IMG/VR virus record: IMGVR_UViG_3300032307_000369
Location: 181,551 to 245,550 of that record
DNA length: 64,000 bases
Direction: 5' to 3' (one strand)
Under the pieces are notes generated by a model. The model did not search any database. It was not told the origin of the DNA and worked only from the letters and a program-made list of their open reading frames with translations. Below are positions 1 through 9,570 of the stretch, in pieces (the stretch's first letter is position 1; each line of letters starts with the position of its first letter). The translations under genes were made by a program, and so were the position numbers.

Positions 1-780
1 CTGTATGGTCATGAAGCGTTTGTTGTTCCTATCGTTAAGTTCTCTAAATGCTTTAGCCACTACATCAAAAAACTCTTTATCACAATTTTCTAAAAACTCT
101 TTAATTTGTAATGGGTCAGTGGTGTTGCCTTCTGTAGTGTCAATACGCTTAATTCCGTTTAACATCTGCATGAGAGTAGCATCTGCTAGACGTCCCATGG
201 CGTTTGCTGCCATGTCAATACGCTGTTCTTCACTGAGATCTTCGTTTTGTATAATGGCTTGTAGCACACGATTACTGTCAAAACTTAGTAGGCTATAGTC
301 AGTTAATACCTTGTAGGTCACTGGCTCAATGTATATGGTCATATCGTTGTTGACTTTGACTTCTTCTTCCCAAAAGGTATTTTCCACAATTTGATCTAAC
401 AACGGTCTCAAGTCAATTTCAAAAGGTTCTTTTTCATTGGTGCCTGGAATACTCACATCCATGGTCATTTTTTCGCCGTATGTGGCAATGCGTATGGCAA
501 TTAATATTGCATCTAAATCTAAACTTGGACACTTCCAAGGATCTAAAATATTTGGCACACAGCTTTTAATCACGTCCACAGTGGTACGTCCGTTGAACAA
601 TGCATCTGGAGTTCTGATCAACAGCTCGTCTTTAACGGTCAGTCCATATACAGGGAACTCTCCGTTAGCTGGTATTTCTAAACTGCCTTCAGGCCAAAAG
701 CGTCCTTGGCTGGGCAATTTAAGAAATAGTTTGGGTCTTCTCATAAAAGAAGACAGGGGATTTTTACGTGGACTTTCCAT
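1..780 (-). CDS. Baseplate hub subunit, T4 gp26-like (runs off the left edge)
   Basis: Not in the ORF track. Manual translation from ATG at 780 gives MESPRKNPLSSFMRRPKLFLKLPSQG...TVKDELLIRTPDALFNG...IKSCVPNI...LDLDAILIAIRIATYGE, open to position 1. The LPS..G and DxDxILIAIRxxTYGE pattern is typical of gp26-like proteins. Confidence 0.7.
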   Translation of the reverse strand, partial: MESPRKNPLSSFMRRPKLFLKLPSQGRFWPEGSLEIPANGEFPVYGLTVKDELLIRTPDALFNGRTTVDVIKSCVPNILDPWKCPSLDLDAILIAIRIATYGEKMTMDVSIPGTNEKEPFEIDLRPLLDQIVENTFWEEEVKVNNDMTIYIEPVTYKVLTDYSLLSFDSNRVLQAIIQNEDLSEEQRIDMAANAMGRLADATLMQMLNGIKRIDTTEGNTTDPLQIKEFLENCDKEFFDVVAKAFRELNDRNNKRFMTIQ

Positions 781-792
781 TTTTTAACTCCG

Positions 793-818
793 ATAAATAA
801 TATACTGCATTATTTATA
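793..818. promoter_or_regulatory. Pair of face-to-face late promoters (TAAATA on +, TATAAATA on -)
   Basis: TAAATA at 794-799 (+) and TATTTATA at 811-818 (TATAAATA on -). Together they form the inverted repeat ATAAATAAT-N7-ATTATTTAT between two divergent genes. Confidence 0.6.
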
Positions 819-842
819 TGCGTATATTTCTGGGAAAATTAA

Positions 843-3236
843 ATGTCTGAAGTAACTGGTACACTGGGAAGCGAAAGTATTAGACTGCGTGGTATGGCGC
901 TGGAAGAAACACAGCGTGAACTATTGCTGACCTTGCAAAAAATAGCTAAAATAGACTCTAAGAGTGTGGGTGGATTCTTTGGAGCAATTGGTGATGCTTC
1001 CAAAGATACTAGCGGAAAACTAGGAGTGCTTGGCGGAGCCGTGTCTAAATTTAGCGGTGTTGTTGGAGTTATTACTGGTGCTGGCAAAGTATTAGGCAGT
1101 ATTTTAACTGATCTAACTGGTGGATTTGAAGGAGTGTCGCAACAAATTAGAACTTCTAGTGGAGCCATAAGAGATCAAACTAACAACTTGCGCATATTAG
1201 GATCACGCACTACTGGAGCTACTAGTGCCATTTACAAGTTTGCCGCTGAAGGGATTGGTCAATTAGAAGAACAATTTGATGTTTACAAGCGACTGAGCAA
1301 TATTGGCGGGGTAGTTGCAGGGGACTTTGACAATCTAAGAATTAATGCTAGTACACTAGGCGTTACTATGCAAGAGTACGCTGGATTAATGGAAGAAAAC
1401 TTCCTTAATTTACGATTAAACGGCACTAGTGCAAGAAATGGCATGAGAGATTTGCGTCTATCTGCACAAAGTATGCGTGATAGCGGTGAAGCATTCAACG
1501 ATCAATTCATGCGATTAGGCATTGGAGCAAATGATTACGGAAAAGTTATATTACAAAATTCCATGTTGTTTGGTGGTTTGACTAAAGCACAACAGACTTA
1601 TGGTTCCATGTTTAATGACAAGATGTTGCAGACTACAAAAACTGTAACTCAATTGGGAGATGCATTTGGCTTCAACAGAGAAGTCATTATGAAAGCTGCC
1701 AACGAAGCATTGCAAGATGCTCGCAATAGAACAATCTTTAATAACATTAGAGAAGAAGGTAAGCAACAGATGCTATCTCTAATGACTGGCATGTTTGGCG
1801 GAGATGCACAAAAAGGCATGCGAGCAACCATTGCGGCTTACACAGGGCGTTTTGATGAACAAAGTGCCGTGCTTGCTGGCATGGCTCCTGACCTAATGCA
1901 AAAAATGAAAGCTCTATCGGCAGCAGTGGCCAAAGGTGTGCCAGTAATGGATGCTATCAAACAAGTTGATTTAGGTCCTACGTTCGCAAGGATAGAAAGT
2001 CAGTCAAATGATTTAGCACAAGGATTTTTAGATAATGCTGGCGCTCCTGGTATTGCTGCCAATGCATTGTTAAACTTACAGCAAATGTTTGGCGATATGC
2101 CAGCTGTTCAGAAAAGATTAGAAGATTCCACAAACAGTTTGACAAGTCAGCAAGGTAAGAATTTAGATGCATTAGGCACATTTCAAAGAGAAAATATTAG
2201 AATAGCTGTTAGCATGGGTGAAGCAAATAAAGTATTAAACACATTTGGTTTAGGAGTTGCTCTCAGTTCACAAATTATTACTTCAGCTGTTGGAGAAATT
2301 GCAAAAGGTATAGGAAAATTAGGGGATGACGCATTTTTAAAAAGTAATATAGATGCTGTTACAAGATTAAAAGAGTTGAATATATCAGCAACAAAAGAAA
2401 TACGCGAGTTTAGTAAAACAAGCAGTGAAGGAATTGACAAGATAATTGATCGTGCTGTGAATAAGTTTAACGAATTGACAGGCGGTACTAATACACAAAG
2501 TGGTAATCAAAATCAATCAAGAAATGGATCCCAAGCACAAGGCTCTCCACAAACGCCAAATAATGGCAACGCACAACAAGCATCTGCACAGTCTGCACCA
2601 GCGGCAAACGCAGGAGCTCCTGCAAGACAAGCATTAGGACCTGCGGCTAATGCATTGTTAGGAGCTATTGAAGGTGTTCAAAGAACCAATAGCACTCTTC
2701 CAGATACTGAAAAACTTCGTGGTGGTGTAAAATTTGATTACAAGATTAATAAAGGTCAAGAAGTATCTAGAGAAGTTGACCAGATTAAAAACTTAATGGC
2801 ACAGGCTAACTTAAAAGAAGGAACTGATTTTAAGTTGTCTAGTCAGTATGATGGTACTACTGGTAAAGTTGGAGTTGAATTTATGTCAACTGAGGCCGCA
2901 GATAAATTTGCACAAGTGGCTTCAAAAATTAAAAATCCACCACCGGCACCTCCTGCACCAACCGCATCCGCTCCAAGACCAGAAACGAGTGCGGTGGTAC
3001 AACCTAGAGCTGCCACTCCTACTACCAATACTGCTGAAAGACCTGTGCAAGTATCCACTTCTGCTCAGGAAGCATCACAAAATCAGTTAAATAATAGCAG
3101 AACACAAGTGGCTACATTAGGAACAGACTCTGACATGCTTGCTAGATTAATTCAGAACGATAATGAAAATACCACAAGAGTTATTGACAAATTAGAATCG
3201 TTGACTCAATCTGTTATGAGATCAATACCAGCGTAA
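843..3236 (+). CDS. Putative tape-measure / baseplate hub protein
   Basis: 797 aa, helical and Ala/Gly/Leu-rich, with a Q/P/A low-complexity C-terminal part; lies next to the gp26-like gene. Confidence 0.5.
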   Translation: MSEVTGTLGSESIRLRGMALEETQRELLLTLQKIAKIDSKSVGGFFGAIGDASKDTSGKLGVLGGAVSKFSGVVGVITGAGKVLGSILTDLTGGFEGVSQQIRTSSGAIRDQTNNLRILGSRTTGATSAIYKFAAEGIGQLEEQFDVYKRLSNIGGVVAGDFDNLRINASTLGVTMQEYAGLMEENFLNLRLNGTSARNGMRDLRLSAQSMRDSGEAFNDQFMRLGIGANDYGKVILQNSMLFGGLTKAQQTYGSMFNDKMLQTTKTVTQLGDAFGFNREVIMKAANEALQDARNRTIFNNIREEGKQQMLSLMTGMFGGDAQKGMRATIAAYTGRFDEQSAVLAGMAPDLMQKMKALSAAVAKGVPVMDAIKQVDLGPTFARIESQSNDLAQGFLDNAGAPGIAANALLNLQQMFGDMPAVQKRLEDSTNSLTSQQGKNLDALGTFQRENIRIAVSMGEANKVLNTFGLGVALSSQIITSAVGEIAKGIGKLGDDAFLKSNIDAVTRLKELNISATKEIREFSKTSSEGIDKIIDRAVNKFNELTGGTNTQSGNQNQSRNGSQAQGSPQTPNNGNAQQASAQSAPAANAGAPARQALGPAANALLGAIEGVQRTNSTLPDTEKLRGGVKFDYKINKGQEVSREVDQIKNLMAQANLKEGTDFKLSSQYDGTTGKVGVEFMSTEAADKFAQVASKIKNPPPAPPAPTASAPRPETSAVVQPRAATPTTNTAERPVQVSTSAQEASQNQLNNSRTQVATLGTDSDMLARLIQNDNENTTRVIDKLESLTQSVMRSIPA

Positions 3237-3245
3237 GGATTAAGA

Positions 3246-4982
3246 ATGGCTTGGAAAAAGTTTTTTACACCAGTTAAAGTTAACAATGATGGAGGCTCAA
3301 AGAGTCTTATATCAGGATCGGGCGGTTCAAATTATAACGCATTCAGAAGCAACTATTCCAGTTTCCTTCCTGATGTATATTCAGGGCATCCAAATAGATT
3401 AGAACGATATCAGCAGTATAATACTATGGATGCTGACAGCGAGGTCAATGCGGCATTAGACATTTTAGCTGAATTTTGCACACAAAAGAACAAGGACAAC
3501 GGTACTGCGTTCAACATTGATTATAGAGAACAAGCAACAAATACCGAAGTTAAACTATTAAAGAAATGTTTACAACAGTGGCACAAACTGAATCAATTTG
3601 ATGTAAGAATTTTTAAAACAATCCGTAATCTTTTTAAGTTTGGTGATTGTTTCTTTGTACGTGATCCAGAAACTCAAAAATGGGTTTACATTGATCCTAG
3701 TAAAGTTGACAAAATTATTGTTAACGAAAGTGAAGGCAAAGAGCCTGAGCAATATGTTATTCGAGACCTAAACGTTAACTTACAAAGTTTAACAGTAACA
3801 CAAATCAATCCAAATGCTCCTAATGCAACTCCAGGCAACGCGGCATACGTTACTGGTGGTGGCTTTCAGCGTGGTATGGTTGGTGGTTACCCTCAACTAA
3901 CAGGCAGCAGATTCAGTAACAGTCAAGAACAAGTGGCTATTGATGCTAACCATGTGATACATTTGAGTCTAAGTGAAGGACTTGACAGTAACTTCCCATT
4001 TGGTAATAGCTTGCTTGAAATGTGTTTTAAAGTATACAAGCAAAAAGAATTGCTAGAAGATGCGATCATTATCTATCGTGTGATGAGAGCTCCAGAAAGA
4101 CGTGTGTTCTATGTTGACGTGGGTAACATGCCTAGTCACTTGGCCATGAGCTTTGTTGAACGTGTTAAAAACGAAGTAAATCAAAGACGTATTCCTAGTG
4201 TTACTGGTGGCGGACAAAGTGTTATTGACAGTGGATTTAACCCACTAGCCATTAACGAAGATTACTTTTTCCCACAAACTGCTGAAGGTCGTGGCAGTAA
4301 AGTTGAAGTACTTCCAGGCGGTAGTAACTTAGGTGAAATTGAAGATTTACGCTTCTTTACTAACAAATTATTCCGTGCATTACGTATACCAAGTAGCTAC
4401 TTGCCTACAGGTCCAGACGATTCAAATGCAAGTTTTAGTGATGGTCGTGTAGGCACTGCCTACATACAAGAGCTACGTTTTAACTTTTATTGTGAACGTT
4501 TACAAAGTTTATTCACAGAAGCATTTGATTTAGAATTTAAATTATATCTCAAAAACTGCGGAATTAACATTGATCCAAACTTATTTGATTTAAAATTCAA
4601 TCCTCCACAAAACTTTGCGTCTTATAGACAAGCAGAGATGGATGGACAACGTGTTAGCACGTTCCAGGCAGTTGCAGAAGTTCCATATATGAGTAAACGT
4701 TTTGCTCTAAAACGCTTCTTAGGTCTCAGTGCAGAAGAAATGCAAGAGAACGAAATGCTATGGCGTCAAGAAAACATTGTTGGTAACACTGGCAGTGGAC
4801 AGAATCCAGGACAAGAAATGCGTGGAGCGGGTATAACTCCAGGCGGTATTCAAGGTGACTTGGATGAGTTTACTGACAATGAAGGTGACTCAGGAGTACC
4901 ACCACCAGGTGCAGAACCCACAGGAGAAGCGGGTGGCACAGGCGGAGCAGGCGCCCCACCAAGTCCTGCACAATCGCAATAA
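3246..4982 (+). CDS. Portal protein, T4 gp20-like
   Basis: Motifs LLEDAIIIYRVMRAPERRVFYVDVGNMP, EDYFFP, LPGGSNLGEIEDLRFF..KLFRALRIPSS and ELRF. Confidence 0.95.
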   Translation: MAWKKFFTPVKVNNDGGSKSLISGSGGSNYNAFRSNYSSFLPDVYSGHPNRLERYQQYNTMDADSEVNAALDILAEFCTQKNKDNGTAFNIDYREQATNTEVKLLKKCLQQWHKLNQFDVRIFKTIRNLFKFGDCFFVRDPETQKWVYIDPSKVDKIIVNESEGKEPEQYVIRDLNVNLQSLTVTQINPNAPNATPGNAAYVTGGGFQRGMVGGYPQLTGSRFSNSQEQVAIDANHVIHLSLSEGLDSNFPFGNSLLEMCFKVYKQKELLEDAIIIYRVMRAPERRVFYVDVGNMPSHLAMSFVERVKNEVNQRRIPSVTGGGQSVIDSGFNPLAINEDYFFPQTAEGRGSKVEVLPGGSNLGEIEDLRFFTNKLFRALRIPSSYLPTGPDDSNASFSDGRVGTAYIQELRFNFYCERLQSLFTEAFDLEFKLYLKNCGINIDPNLFDLKFNPPQNFASYRQAEMDGQRVSTFQAVAEVPYMSKRFALKRFLGLSAEEMQENEMLWRQENIVGNTGSGQNPGQEMRGAGITPGGIQGDLDEFTDNEGDSGVPPPGAEPTGEAGGTGGAGAPPSPAQSQ

Positions 4983-4992
4983 ATACATTACT

Positions 4993-5253
4993 ATGTTCTT
5001 ACGCGAATTCATTTACTTCAATAAAGATTCACTTGGTCAAGATGACTACGATAATCAACCTTTGGAAGACAAAAGGTATAACTCTGATGATGACAAAGAT
5101 GTTCTTAAATTGTCAGATACAAGAAAAACTAGATTGTCGTTGAAGCAAATTAATCAAATGCGCAAGAATCATGAAGCACATGTTTCTGAAATGGCTGAAG
5201 AGTCTGAGCTAATACAAGCTCAGTATGCTACTCCAGTTCAGGCTCCTGCTTAA
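4993..5253 (+). CDS. Small head-cluster hypothetical protein (86 aa)
   Basis: Likely start is ATG 4993 (MFLREF...), 7 nt after TAAATA at 4980-4985. The track start at 4855 overlaps the portal gene. Confidence 0.65.
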   Translation: MFLREFIYFNKDSLGQDDYDNQPLEDKRYNSDDDKDVLKLSDTRKTRLSLKQINQMRKNHEAHVSEMAEESELIQAQYATPVQAPA

Positions 5254-5281
5254 TAAAATTCTTAACATTTAAATAAAAAAT

Positions 5282-5305
5282 TGTCAAAAAGACGTCTTTT
5301 TGGCA
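5282..5305. repeat. 18-bp perfect palindrome CAAAAAGACGTCTTTTTG (5285-5302), extendable to 24 bp
   Basis: Read directly; intergenic, about 30 bp upstream of TAAATA at 5335-5340. Confidence 0.75.
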
Positions 5306-5382
5306 TATTTTCGCTATATATATTATCTACGCTGTAAATATACTCGACAGCCTTGCCTATACTATCAAAGGAGAATTTCGCA

Positions 5383-6225
5383 ATGCAAAATAAATTTGAA
5401 CAATTATTAGATTATCTAATTAACGAAGAAACACAAAAAGCCAACGAACTGTTTCATCAGATCGTTGTTGAAAAAAGCCGCGGTATCTACGAGAGTTTAA
5501 TTTCTGAAGAAGAAAAGAAAGAAGACGACGAAGATAACAGCGAAGACAAAGCTGAAAAAACTGATGAGAATTTTGGTTTTGACAGTGGTGAACAAGTTAT
5601 TGAAATCGGCGGTGATCCATCAGACGACCTAATGAAGGATGTTGAAATGGATGGCGACGATGAAGGTGCAGAAGATGACATGGCCATGGACGCAGAGTTT
5701 GGCGATGATTCAGAAATGGGCGGTGACGGTGATGTAGAAGATCGTGTTCAAGATTTAGAAGACGAACTAGAGTCACTTAAAGCAGAATTTGAAGCTCTTA
5801 TCGCAGGTGAAGGTTCTGATATGGGATCTGAAGAAGGCGAAGAAGAAGGTGAAGAAGGCGAAGAAGAAGGTGAAGATGAAGAAGACATGCTTCGCGAATA
5901 TACAGAACAAGTTGGTGGAAAGCAGTACAACCAATTTGGTAAAATGGGTGACGACGGACAGAACACTAAGTCAATCGTTGCTGGAAAGAACGACATGGGT
6001 GGCACAGCAAGCAACATTGCACAAGGCGGTGAAGCTAAAGGCGAAGGCACAAAAGGTGGTTTATTGAACCCAAGTGCTAAAGAAGAAAATGCTGGCAACA
6101 TTAATGTTCCAGGCGGCAATGCTGGTAAAACAGCGTTCAAGAAGAAAGAACCTGGTCATGGCGCAGAGAAGAAAGGCGCTGGTGAGCAAGCAGGTAATAC
6201 TAAGAGCCCACTAGGTTCTAAGTAA
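5383..6225 (+). CDS. Acidic prohead core protein (gp67/gp68-like position)
   Basis: AAGGAG Shine-Dalgarno before ATG 5383; highly acidic; several L/I-x-E sites; lies between portal and protease; 2 x 21-bp repeat at 5830-5871. Confidence 0.6.
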   Translation: MQNKFEQLLDYLINEETQKANELFHQIVVEKSRGIYESLISEEEKKEDDEDNSEDKAEKTDENFGFDSGEQVIEIGGDPSDDLMKDVEMDGDDEGAEDDMAMDAEFGDDSEMGGDGDVEDRVQDLEDELESLKAEFEALIAGEGSDMGSEEGEEEGEEGEEEGEDEEDMLREYTEQVGGKQYNQFGKMGDDGQNTKSIVAGKNDMGGTASNIAQGGEAKGEGTKGGLLNPSAKEENAGNINVPGGNAGKTAFKKKEPGHGAEKKGAGEQAGNTKSPLGSK

Positions 6226-6240
6226 TTTTAGGATAAGTTA

Positions 6241-6867
6241 ATGAGCTTTTTATTGCGCGAAAGTTTGTCGTTTGATCAAGCACGTTGTGTTGTTGAATCA
6301 GACGACAAAGACGGCAAGAACCTTTATATGAAGGGGATTTGTATCCAAGGCGGGATTCGTAATGCGAATCAGCGTGTATATCCTGTTGATCAAATAGGCA
6401 ACGCTGTCAACACGTTAATTGATCAAATTAAAAACGGATACAGCGTATTAGGCGAAGTTGACCATCCAGATGATTTGAAAGTTAATTTGGACCGCGTAAG
6501 TCACATGATTACAGATATGTGGATGGACGGTCCAAATGGTTACGGCAAGTTTAAAATCTTGCCAACACCAATGGGAAATTTAGTCCGTACCATGCTAGAG
6601 TCTGGCGTTAAGCTAGGCGTTTCTAGTCGTGGTAGCGGCAATGTTAATGATGGAACAGGCGAAGTATCAGACTTTGAAATCATAACAGTAGATGTAGTAG
6701 CACAACCAAGTGCGCCAGGAGCATATCCTACAGCCATTTATGAGCATTTTATGAATACTCGTGGTGGTAATAGAGCTATACAAGTGGCACATGAAGTTAG
6801 AGAAGATCCAAAGGCCCAAAAATATCTTAAGGAAAGTATCCTTAATATTATTCAAGGTCTAAAATAA
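6241..6867 (+). CDS. Prohead protease, T4 gp21-like
   Basis: Motifs NANQRVYP, LGEVDHP, LGVSSRGSG and DVVAQPSAPGA. Confidence 0.95.
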   Translation: MSFLLRESLSFDQARCVVESDDKDGKNLYMKGICIQGGIRNANQRVYPVDQIGNAVNTLIDQIKNGYSVLGEVDHPDDLKVNLDRVSHMITDMWMDGPNGYGKFKILPTPMGNLVRTMLESGVKLGVSSRGSGNVNDGTGEVSDFEIITVDVVAQPSAPGAYPTAIYEHFMNTRGGNRAIQVAHEVREDPKAQKYLKESILNIIQGLK

Positions 6868-6885
6868 GCCCGAGGAGAAAAAGAG

Positions 6886-7980
6886 ATGTTGGACGCATTC
6901 AAAAAACTTTTCGAAAGCGGAATGATTTCTGAGGAAATCAAGGCCGAAGTCGAAACAGCTTGGAACGCCAAACTTCAAGAAACTCGCGATGTACTGACAG
7001 CCGAACTTCGTGAAGAGTTCGCTCAACGTTATGAGCACGACCGTGCAACTATTGTTGAGTCACTTGACAAGATGATTGGTGAACAGTTAGAAAGCGAAAT
7101 TGCTGAATTCGTTGCTGACAAACAAAGCCTTGCGGAAGCAAGAGCTCAGTATGAAGCAAAGATTTCAAAAGATTCAGAAGTACTAGAAGCTTTTGTTGTT
7201 AAGAATTTGGCCAGAGAGTTAGGTGAATTTCAAAGCGATCGTCAGAAAGTTGCAGAAAACTTTGGAAAGCTAGAAGCTTTCGTAGTTGAAGCACTTGCTC
7301 GTGAGATTAAAGAATTCGCAGAAGATAAGAAAGACCTTGCAGAAACTAAAGTTAAATTAGTTCGCGAAGCAAAAGAAAAATTTGCTGAAATCAAACAACA
7401 GTTTATCGCTAAGAGCGCAACAATTGTTGAGAACGCAATTACAAAAAATCTTACAAAAGAGATTTCGCAATTACGTGAAGATATTGATAGCGCACGTCAA
7501 AATAACTTTGGACGCAAGATTTTCGAAGCTTTCAATGCAGAATATATGGCTAGTCATGTTAATGAAAAATCCACAACTTCACGTTTGTTGAAGATTGTAG
7601 ATAAGAAAGAAGCAGAACTAGCAGAGGCACAACAAGCTATTGCAGAAGTACAGCAATTGGTCGAAAGCAAAGAACGTGAAATCCGTATTGCTAAAGACAC
7701 AATGCAACGTAAAGAAGCAATGCAAGAATTACTAGCTCCGCTAAGTGGTGAAAAGAAAGCAGTTATGAGTCAGCTTTTAGAAAGTGTACAAACTTTCAAA
7801 TTGGCTGATGCTTTCGACAAGTACTTACCAGCGGTGATGGAAGGCAAGGCACACACTAAGGCACCAAAACAGGCACTAAATGAGAGTAAAGAGGTTACAG
7901 GCGACAAGCCAACCAAGATCACTGCCGAGGAAGGTATTGATAATTTAATTGACATCCGCAAACTAGCGGGTCTAAAATAA
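6886..7980 (+). CDS. Prohead scaffold protein, T4 gp22-like
   Basis: Coiled-coil, Glu/Lys-rich; GRKIFEAF motif; lies between protease and capsid; GAGGAG Shine-Dalgarno. Confidence 0.85.
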   Translation: MLDAFKKLFESGMISEEIKAEVETAWNAKLQETRDVLTAELREEFAQRYEHDRATIVESLDKMIGEQLESEIAEFVADKQSLAEARAQYEAKISKDSEVLEAFVVKNLARELGEFQSDRQKVAENFGKLEAFVVEALAREIKEFAEDKKDLAETKVKLVREAKEKFAEIKQQFIAKSATIVENAITKNLTKEISQLREDIDSARQNNFGRKIFEAFNAEYMASHVNEKSTTSRLLKIVDKKEAELAEAQQAIAEVQQLVESKEREIRIAKDTMQRKEAMQELLAPLSGEKKAVMSQLLESVQTFKLADAFDKYLPAVMEGKAHTKAPKQALNESKEVTGDKPTKITAEEGIDNLIDIRKLAGLK

Positions 7981-7993
7981 TTAGGAGAAACAA

Positions 7994-9181
7994 ATGTCCG
8001 TATTGCTAAATGAAAAATGGCAAGATACAAAAGAGGCCCTACTAGAAGGCCTACAAGGCCACAAGCGTAGTGTCATGGGTGTGACCCTTGAAAACACTCG
8101 TAGGTATCTTGCAGAAAGTGCAACAGCTGGTTCAACCAGTGCAGGTAACGTTGCAACACTAAACCGCGTGATTCTTCCAGTAATCCGCCGTGTAATGCCA
8201 ACAGTCATTGCTAACGAAATCGTTGGCGTACAACCAATGACTGGTCCAGTTGGCCAAATCCACACACTACGTATTCGTTACGCAGATGGTGGTGATGGCG
8301 TAACAGCTGGAGATGAAGCACTAAGCCCATTCAAGATTGCGGCTGCTTATTCTGGTAACAACACAGACGCTACACCAGGTGCAAGTAGTACTGCTAGCCT
8401 AGAAGGCAACCCAGGTAAGCGTATGAGCATCCAAATCTTGAAACAAGCTGTAGAAGCCAAGACACGTAAGCTAAGTGCTCGTTGGACTTTTGAAGCTGCT
8501 CAAGATGCACAAGCTCAGCAAGGTATTGATATCGAAGCTGAAATTATGGCTGCTCTAGCACAAGAAATTACAGCTGAAATTGACCAAGAAATTCTTTCTA
8601 GCCTACGTGGTCTAGCAAGTGTTGGTCAAACTTATGACCAAGCTGCCGTATCTGGTACAGCTACATTCGTTGGTGACGAGCATGCCGCATTGGCAGTTCA
8701 AATCAACCGTGTTGCTAACCAAATCGCTCAGCGTACACGTCGTGGTGCAGGTAACTGGGCTGTTGTGTCTAACCAGGCATTGACAATTCTACAATCTGCA
8801 ACAACAAGTGCGTTTGCACGTACAACAGAAGGTACTTTCGAAGCTCCAACAAACACTAAGTTCGTTGGTACATTGAACGGTGCTATGCGTGTGTATGTTG
8901 ATACATACTTAGCAGACAGTGGTTCATCAACTATCAATGACAACCAAGTATTAGTTGGTTATAAGGGTCCTAGCGAGGCAGATGCTGCCGCGTTCTATTG
9001 CCCATATATTCCTCTAATGAGCTCTGGTGTTGTTCTAGATCCAGCTACTTTTGAACCAGTAGTTGGCTTCATGACACGTTATGGTTATGTAGAGTTAAAC
9101 AACACTGCTTCTTCTCTAGGTAACGCGGCTGACTATCTAAGCAAGGTATCTATTACCGCTGCTAACGTTAGCTTCCAATAA
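7994..9181 (+). CDS. Major capsid protein, T4 gp23-like
   Basis: Motifs VGVQPMTGPVGQI, AKTRKLSARWTFEAAQD, EITAEIDQEI, FYCPYIPL and FMTRYG; probable maturation site YLAE41/S. Confidence 0.97.
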   Translation: MSVLLNEKWQDTKEALLEGLQGHKRSVMGVTLENTRRYLAESATAGSTSAGNVATLNRVILPVIRRVMPTVIANEIVGVQPMTGPVGQIHTLRIRYADGGDGVTAGDEALSPFKIAAAYSGNNTDATPGASSTASLEGNPGKRMSIQILKQAVEAKTRKLSARWTFEAAQDAQAQQGIDIEAEIMAALAQEITAEIDQEILSSLRGLASVGQTYDQAAVSGTATFVGDEHAALAVQINRVANQIAQRTRRGAGNWAVVSNQALTILQSATTSAFARTTEGTFEAPTNTKFVGTLNGAMRVYVDTYLADSGSSTINDNQVLVGYKGPSEADAAAFYCPYIPLMSSGVVLDPATFEPVVGFMTRYGYVELNNTASSLGNAADYLSKVSITAANVSFQ

Positions 9182-9204
9182 TCTTAAGAGATTAGAAGAA
9201 AAAC

Positions 9205-9231
9205 AAAAAGCCCCAGCAATGGGGCTTTTTT
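9205..9231 (+). terminator. Rho-independent terminator after the capsid gene
   Basis: AAAAAGCCCCA-GCAA-TGGGGCTTTTTT: GC stem, GNRA loop and U-tract. Confidence 0.9.
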
Positions 9232-9250
9232 GTGAGTAAATATAGTTGTG

Positions 9251-9529
9251 ATGGAAGATTATTCTATAACTAATAGTTTAGACTGGCAGTTGGTCAGATC
9301 TAGGATGTCTAAGAGTAAAGATAACTTGGGCATATTTAAACGCGACATTGATCGGTTACTTAGAGGTATTGATGTTGAAATTGTTAAATTAGGTAATCTA
9401 GAAATTACAGCAAGAAACAATAAAACACAGTCTAGTCTAGACCGTGCGCAAGCACAATTAGATGTAGTGAATCAACAAATAAAGACATTTAACAAATTTT
9501 ACATAATGGCTCTTATGACGCATAGCTAA
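9251..9529 (+). CDS. Hypothetical helical protein
   Basis: ORF directly after TAAATA at 9237-9242; start is 9248 (GTG) or 9251 (ATG). Confidence 0.6.
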   Translation: MEDYSITNSLDWQLVRSRMSKSKDNLGIFKRDIDRLLRGIDVEIVKLGNLEITARNNKTQSSLDRAQAQLDVVNQQIKTFNKFYIMALMTHS

Positions 9530-9570
9530 TGTTTTTTAGATACAGATAAATATCATATAAGGAAAAATAC

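Noticed and set aside
5-787. + strand ORFs 5-298 and 437-787
   Set aside because: They are antisense shadows of the gp26-like gene on the - strand.
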